DNA of 42,463 nucleotides, taken from assembly GCA_029856145.1 (NCBI GenBank), contig JAHQWK010000009.1, forward strand, positions 1 through 42,463, in the 5' to 3' direction. Positions 38,301 to 42,463 of this stretch are shown here, one piece after another; within the stretch, counting starts at the first letter, position 1, and every line of letters begins with the position of its first letter. Below the pieces are notes generated by a model, which worked only from the letters and a program-made list of their open reading frames with translations, was not told the DNA's origin and did no database searches. This DNA comes from Promethearchaeia archaeon. GTDB lineage: Archaea > Asgardarchaeota > Lokiarchaeia > Sigyniarchaeales > SOKP01. The position numbers and the translations under genes were made by a program.

Positions 38301-41300
38301 TTATCTGGATCAAAATCTTTCCCAGTTTCGTTGAAAAAGTACCCTTTAATCAGCATAATATCGAGGTCTTGGGCGTTAGAGTAGTCCTGTGATAAGGTGA
38401 AATTTGCAGTTTGAATATTTTTATCATATGGATATACAATCTCAACAGCTATATTTCTGGCTTCAAATTCACTAAGCGTCTGGTTATAATATACAGAATC
38501 GTACTCCTCTGAGGCATCGTCATACCACTCAAACATAATATCTAAGGTGCTGATATCAACATTTGGAGCTTCTATGGTGTGCCATTCTTTCCACGCGTTC
38601 TTATCTGCCCATGAAACGTAAAGATAGCTGAAGTTCGCAATATGGGGGTGATAATAGTCGTATAGATCAGTAAGGTCTTCTTTGTCCTCCGTATAGGCGT
38701 CATAATACTCTCCTGAATACATTAGGTTCCAAATAATATCATAAATTCCGGATGAAGTATTTATCGCAAAAAGATGAGAATCAAAATAATAATAATTGCC
38801 ATCATCATCAAATGCGTCAAAATACCACGTTTCATTAATATTAAACTTATCACTATATAGTGGCAAGAATTCAGTTGCATCTAAAGTTCTTACTTCGCTA
38901 TAAATATCAGTATAATCACCATAATAGAAAGTCTTAATATGATTATTTGGATAAATATCAAAAATCTCTGAATCGTACAATGTTGCATTATAATCAAATT
39001 CAAAAATAAAGAATGAATCAACAACTATTTGGTATCGTGGATCATTTGAAGTAATTAATATATCCGTAATATAACAATGTTCTATATTATTACTGTCTAA
39101 TATTTTGAAATCAGAATAGATATCATCAAAAGAAATATTAAATACTCTCTGTTGATAAGTATTATAAAATTCGCTTTCGAATGGTGTCAAGTCTAATTGA
39201 GTCTCCCATGCTACTAATTCTTCTCGGTTTGCATACATATCCTCCTCTATGGTATAGGAATTACCATCGGTATTAATTCCAATAAGTGAAATCTCGGCAA
39301 TCGGAACATCTGGCTGTCCAGTAAGATAATTATCAATATAAGGCGCTCTCTGAAGTACCATCTCATCGACAGTAAATCCAATCGCAGATTCCAATGTAGC
39401 ATTATATTTTAGATATAAGATATCGCCATCTTTCATGACCATTAGATTTCCATTAGGATCGATATAAGATCTTGGAAGGGAAATATTATTATACTCAACT
39501 GAATATGTCCTTCTATTATCATAAATCTCAAAAGATTGCCTTCGTGTATCTACTTCTGTAATCTCATATATGGGTTCATATAACTCATTCAGAACGATAA
39601 CACTCTGATTATCTGAAAAGATTCTTCTAATTAAATCAACATTGAGATATCCCCCCTCAGCATAGGCAGAGTCCCATTCAATAGTCTGAGTCGTTGGAAG
39701 TCCCTCTCCGTAAAAGTCTCCCAGAAAGTCGGTGTGATTGTTAAATATTGGAGTAAATACGATATGAGCATTATTGGCAATGGTAAATTGATCCCAATCA
39801 TTTGAATCAGGAAGTGAAATATACATTGTGCCTGAGTCATCCTCAAACATATCCAGTGTAACATTGGTAGATCCAATGAAAGTATCCTGATTGTAGTAGA
39901 GACTGACATTAAGATAGGAAAGTACATCAGGATTGAGGAAACCCATTTTCATGATCAACGTATCATATGATTGCCATCCGCTGGTTGCGTCATTAAGATC
40001 CTCAGTTATATAATAAATTAAGCTATTCGAATTATTTAATATCGCAAATATTTGCTGTACCTTGCCTTTGCTGAGAGCTTTATACGGATCAATATCATAA
40101 ATAAAGTGCGAAGATTCATAATTTGCCATTAAAGTATCTTCTGGAGATTGAGCAGTCGTCCAATTCAGAAGTGTTATATTGTTATTACCTAAGTCCACCC
40201 TTAGATCGTGGTAATATTGATATTTATTATGGAGATCGGCAAAAAGATCAACGAATAACTTTGTTCCGTGAACAATGTCATCATATGAAGAGATATCCAC
40301 CTTCAATTCCTTATCCTCAAAATCAATATGTTCATCAAGAATATACTCTCTTTCATCCGAACTATTATAGAAGAAGGCTACCACTATAGGAGTATTATCT
40401 GGATAGCTTTCTGGAGAATTTCTCTCTAAATTAAATTCAGCAATATCAGGAGTATCATCGGTCGTGTCCACTTCAAATTCAAATGAAAGAATGCTCTTTT
40501 CTTGCAACCTATAGTTTAATGCTAACTGATATTGATAATTCGCAGATAAGTTGTAATATAGAGGTGCTAAAATACTTGCCCCGCTGAAAGGGTAATAATT
40601 ATTGTAAAATTGCATGTGATATGGCTGTACTTCAATAAATACATGCTTGGTGTCAAGTAAACCGCCGATTGTTTTAAATTGGTAGGTAATAGAAAAATTA
40701 TCCCCGATACTTAAAGATTTATATATCGCGTCCGTGAACGTAATATTATTACCCTTAATGGAAGAAATATTACCAATGGTATTAATTATATCATTAGTAG
40801 CATTTTTTATGATCAATTCATATCCAGGACCATACAAAATATTATCATATTTCGTATAATAGCTTACACTTTCTTTATTGTAATAGTATGTGACTAATAC
40901 TTCTGAATCTTCTATAATATCAATATAATTTTCAAACCATTCATAAGACAGGTAGAAGGTAAAAATTGGGTCATTAGGATAGTTAGTATCATGTTGCCAC
41001 GCTTTAAAGTAGTTATTATCTAAATATCTTTCTCCTGCTTCAGTCTGAACAGTCATACCAAATGGTTCAACATCCCCCCATCTCTCTTGAAATTCTCCGC
41101 CATAAGTCAAATTAAGCGATACTTCATATTGGTCGTCATCAAATCCTGTAAACTCAAATGTAGTAAAGTTATATTCATTTGGATAGAATTGAAATTCTTC
41201 TGTATAGGTTGATTTAAAGTCGTCAACTGAAGCATACTCGCTCAAGTGAGCAAATGATACATTAAACGCAGCAGAACTTGTCAAATCAGGGTGATATTCG

Positions 41301-42463
41301 AATTGGTGCCAATTGAGATAAGAAGCATCTGGGAAGTTCCAATGAAGCTCTACATTATAAGTATTTGCCCCTTCTTCTATTGTATAATCGAGATCGGTAA
41401 ACTCATAATCAATATGGAAATCAATTTGGATAATATCACTTGAAAGTAGGGAAATAATATCATCTTTTATTTCATAGAAATTAATTTGATTACCTTCCAC
41501 TTCATAATGAGTTCCTTTAGCAAGTTTTATTGAGGAAGGATTGTAATTAATTGCATTATCAGGATTATAAGTACTATAATTATCTTCGGTTAACGCATAT
41601 CCTTGCCATGACTCAACCCAATCCCAGGGTTTACTCACCCTATCAACATTAGATACTGTTATGGAATTAATTCTACTTGTGGCATTTGGTATAACAACTG
41701 CAAACTCCACACCAGCAGGAAGTCCTGTAGTAATAATATCTTCTGAGTCGGTTAAATCAATTCTATGATGTAAGTACAGTTCTCCCTCTACATATGCCCC
41801 TTGGCTTGTGATTGGTAATTCAGTTAGTTTGAAATTTTCAGTATTATACAAATGAGCATTAAAAGAATCTACATCAACAGAATAATCATTATACTGCCAA
41901 TTCATATCATATTCTACATCAGATTCATAGACTTCTCCGTATGGATATGTACCCTTTCCTCCATAGAGGTTAATTTCCCCTTCAATATATTCTGGAAATT
42001 CTAAATCATAGGCATCTAAGTGAAATCCGAGGGAATCTACCAACCTATTATCTGCTGAAGCTAATGATTGGAAGCTGTACTCATTATTATCAACAGGAGC
42101 AAATACTAAGTTATCATTCTCATCTCGACATAATTGTACTAACTCACCGTAATCACTAAACCCTTCGACCGCAAGTGTTAGCCATGCATCATCATAGACT
42201 CCATATGCTTTATTTAGATTATCAGTAAAAATTTGTATATAATGAGTGTGAATGGCCTTATTAACATCTAATTCACCTTGCTTATTGTTCATTGGCTTGG
42301 ATACTGCTTGAAGAATTCTATCATCGGCAGTAAGTTCAAATGTATCAAAAAGGATATATTGAAGTGGATATGGGTTTTCTCCATAACTGAGAAAATCAAT
42401 TTCAAGATCTATTGTTGTATAACCCTTTACGGCATAGATAGGTTGTAAGCTAACTTCAAAGTC
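32330..42463 (-). CDS. Giant protein (at least 3377 aa, 5' truncated by window): acidic beta-rich body, DxDxDG loops, hydrophobic helices, C-terminal GIY-YIG-like nuclease/HTH region
   Basis: Frame stays open for 57 more codons upstream of the listed ATG (42292) to the window edge; motifs as described under findings. Confidence 0.85.
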   Translation of the reverse strand, partial: DFEVSLQPIYAVKGYTTIDLEIDFLSYGENPYPLQYILFDTFELTADDRILQAVSKPMNNKQGELDVNKAIHTHYIQIFTDNLNKAYGVYDDAWLTLAVEGFSDYGELVQLCRDENDNLVFAPVDNNEYSFQSLASADNRLVDSLGFHLDAYDLEFPEYIEGEINLYGGKGTYPYGEVYESDVEYDMNWQYNDYSVDVDSFNAHLYNTENFKLTELPITSQGAYVEGELYLHHRIDLTDSEDIITTGLPAGVEFAVVIPNATSRINSITVSNVDRVSKPWDWVESWQGYALTEDNYSTYNPDNAINYNPSSIKLAKGTHYEVEGNQINFYEIKDDIISLLSSDIIQIDFHIDYEFTDLDYTIEEGANTYNVELHWNFPDASYLNWHQFEYHPDLTSSAAFNVSFAHLSEYASVDDFKSTYTEEFQFYPNEYNFTTFEFTGFDDDQYEVSLNLTYGGEFQERWGDVEPFGMTVQTEAGERYLDNNYFKAWQHDTNYPNDPIFTFYLSYEWFENYIDIIEDSEVLVTYYYNKESVSYYTKYDNILYGPGYELIIKNATNDIINTIGNISSIKGNNITFTDAIYKSLSIGDNFSITYQFKTIGGLLDTKHVFIEVQPYHMQFYNNYYPFSGASILAPLYYNLSANYQYQLALNYRLQEKSILSFEFEVDTTDDTPDIAEFNLERNSPESYPDNTPIVVAFFYNSSDEREYILDEHIDFEDKELKVDISSYDDIVHGTKLFVDLFADLHNKYQYYHDLRVDLGNNNITLLNWTTAQSPEDTLMANYESSHFIYDIDPYKALSKGKVQQIFAILNNSNSLIYYITEDLNDATSGWQSYDTLIMKMGFLNPDVLSYLNVSLYYNQDTFIGSTNVTLDMFEDDSGTMYISLPDSNDWDQFTIANNAHIVFTPIFNNHTDFLGDFYGEGLPTTQTIEWDSAYAEGGYLNVDLIRRIFSDNQSVIVLNELYEPIYEITEVDTRRQSFEIYDNRRTYSVEYNNISLPRSYIDPNGNLMVMKDGDILYLKYNATLESAIGFTVDEMVLQRAPYIDNYLTGQPDVPIAEISLIGINTDGNSYTIEEDMYANREELVAWETQLDLTPFESEFYNTYQQRVFNISFDDIYSDFKILDSNNIEHCYITDILITSNDPRYQIVVDSFFIFEFDYNATLYDSEIFDIYPNNHIKTFYYGDYTDIYSEVRTLDATEFLPLYSDKFNINETWYFDAFDDDGNYYYFDSHLFAINTSSGIYDIIWNLMYSGEYYDAYTEDKEDLTDLYDYYHPHIANFSYLYVSWADKNAWKEWHTIEAPNVDISTLDIMFEWYDDASEEYDSVYYNQTLSEFEARNIAVEIVYPYDKNIQTANFTLSQDYSNAQDLDIMLIKGYFFNETGKDFDPDNANIYSSEKLIEISAPDGYTLDNFEKIIVYLNFTEGAYSDYTQFRFLQAAINNNPEVPLWTKNDSLYVDFEYNDIDYFLLMEDYAVGSEDSMFEYFTYTRNSKFVDDDNVDLTYSLDKMEQYQDFDNFTKVNDPKTVLELFDYDEDCSHELVIQKDDITQNGVYDSFKYGYINPAGEITFHTLVQEVATTEVHTDKVNDVRKTERYSIDSKDPDYKVTAQRTIITNSTITYRIQKLITLIQKDDDYDGYIDHEISYEQTFYSSYTVLYSTEITHIHFTPLNDDLDHYEGYLTEYRNSTYIISDSSMSYAFRDFEYGEVVSTRYYDDVFPNELSEVYNLDNNLVPVINDNGDEDSSNDVITYVPALENLLSLSHPRDGIPAIFDRRIIINGSVQFDNILATQKVISIPATYNEGTGINDYLTEQKIVADVIEVVPETGVYYDNVRGYAPDNLEGYRYLYYDEDGDGIHSTIFIADSDGEVVGIGFDYDGNSYFEPHKVMITEKHIITSAATADDDIALKMALKYTGHKLINYQDTDSYDGMFVEPTFRDSLFDIWKSQYTGTSSDLIRFAMRLTHQIFIESLSAEKIIGDIAWQVVSQLTAFVVGKVTGIVLAGIIGACTSIGSALPGFGTAIGFIVGMIMYWLLNSAMAIAQQQEINNYLASQTTYNEEYQDIETLSDKWWMDRYFGDIMPNTLQGSKAGVYTPVKAETDKHIYEGEVILAPAHIEKTTVFGTQFNPLLLDYSQQTRSYLQYSDFDDSLLMSFFNQDIEEFYGISIEQLPILDNLGLTQPRDPRALYMKNSIMYLENEIYKATESDPEDSISYDRLIPYMVGVRPSLQFIDSDTVLAPEFYLDYPIYVDHEEYGDLEDKYYHIYKVYNGTTDIIQLIPEDTVANRLIMSDIVNIVPYYVDSLGNQLPLLDIDYIPEFIFNAITGEVILNSSFTILLDECLASKEDLYNNVEGYEGHIILEFCIEKYRDISVERDDITLEEANTIATMQSAHQAILEYTYQFMIAEQTQQRLSEACYTIFVTIISTLIVMGATIVIDKAFSKLANNLFDKLDDAIQAETAGKRLANLYNNMNAGELFNSLLNPASRGLGYNMFKITKALISESIQEVFVDPWIEAYVTNAVADLGWDETAQIYLSGLAETGREFLFSAVTQFMWASVRPQTSLNLQNIAAQQQLTIEQMNEMRQQAQEAQIQKDNRKDYILDSFFTVMMFIGAIMGGFGGSIGMTIGNLMIVGGDSADSLFELKDAVKGILESRHQKAGIMNAPQSMISDNQRHSMTNFINNLQYQASRLQESQKPLPTARAFTEATYAARSDTNRLVSWMRDHKKGLMTAAVAIGVGVIGFIFPAIAPFLSAAPITIGMVNTNPKSKFNYKSLGTLDSWQETLDLFLDLRMFHGIQRTQLLRLTKVASKVISKNLNEINENRRELGYDRLHHDILKYEVDLEILDKVKTIQILSVEGKRKYQWWGFLYEWVDKVSGLTMSGKSRTSHPIRKNQYNRKIIKGRNLYYKDSHEFLDYNALHSLSIEDFNKIKSGGPNGGGITIRGLIRQHLDSLGLISYKPNGRVDYRRLDWRAIYTAIDTRFEFVLKKLYFSEDTLSKAEIDRIHLQRSKGVGLNKEDKSAGAWTSNYLLSFIIKSASVGFTISQIFESLKSLGYKGKMKSLREIINNNFGSFKKLRDKYYFPVLNELGKSFSRIQIAEMFSNEVLKPFLSRIEYLFRKGYDINAISLKLGLDKLIESSESMIRSILFTLYHDVYKESMSFEDLRLEIYKTIFLEQIRLGIKDYKSLRERLQGFDRPQYGNNLKKRNDYIANVFRKVFNKGIEEVVESVFPKPTNQELYNRAIDLIRQNSRNTRYSASQLSIDLEFSRIFGISESTLRSRGSFYIQSFIGVSFKDLKFQALNIPVKNYFELAIELLRNHIHELGSSRHYYNMGKLVIDLGLHEDYYYPIDSLKRNANRFLTSYTGYSWDELVRFARSNFLI

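Noticed and set aside
1630-40389. Short antisense or out-of-frame ORFs in the track (e.g. 1630, 6155, 8888, 10186, 11593, 12162, 14080, 14606, 18304, 22061, 24347, 26275, 26988, 30211, 30609, 34757, 36303, 36330, 36794, 36808, 37601, 39631, 40123)
   Set aside because: All overlap well-supported genes and lack protein-like motifs; shadow ORFs.
42290-42292. ATG at 42292 as the start of the giant gene
   Set aside because: The frame is open to the window edge with the same amino-acid composition, so the true start is outside the window.
1-42463. CRISPR array, rRNA, transposase or integrase
   Set aside because: No regularly spaced repeats, rRNA-like sequence or recombinase motifs were seen.

Overview
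AT-rich archaeal window, almost certainly Asgard (Lokiarchaeia/Promethearchaeota-like). The assignment rests on a Vps28 homolog, a Roadblock protein, archaeal ribosomal proteins and a Sec machinery with a 9/4-fold tRNA-Sec. From left to right it holds: an HTH regulator; an EMC3/TMCO1 protein; tRNA-Ser(GGA) with two introns; rpl14e-cmk-rpl34e; Vps28; a Yip1 protein; rtcA; a Nudix-NMNAT fusion; a SAM hydroxide adenosyltransferase; a three-intron tRNA with a probable TAT (Ile) anticodon; SepSecS with tRNA-Sec; an aldo/keto reductase; a CoA Nudix; SelB; Roadblock; putative B12 uptake genes; the S3-to-L15 ribosomal protein cluster; and a giant gene of at least 3377 codons that runs off the window edge. 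The main oddities are four. (1) rps3 is interrupted by a 30-nt hairpin-forming insert that starts with an in-frame TGA, a candidate tRNA-type (BHB) mRNA intron or a true gene split. (2) The giant acidic protein has Ca-binding-type loops, hydrophobic helices and a C-terminal GIY-YIG-like nuclease tip, and is followed by a small gene, as in a polymorphic toxin/immunity pair. (3) The tRNAs carry multiple introns with apparently ordered splicing, and one has a rare Ile(UAU) anticodon. (4) Three conserved genes (rpl34e, rps14, rtcA) can only start at ATT/ATA codons. All calls were made by eye; no database searches were run.
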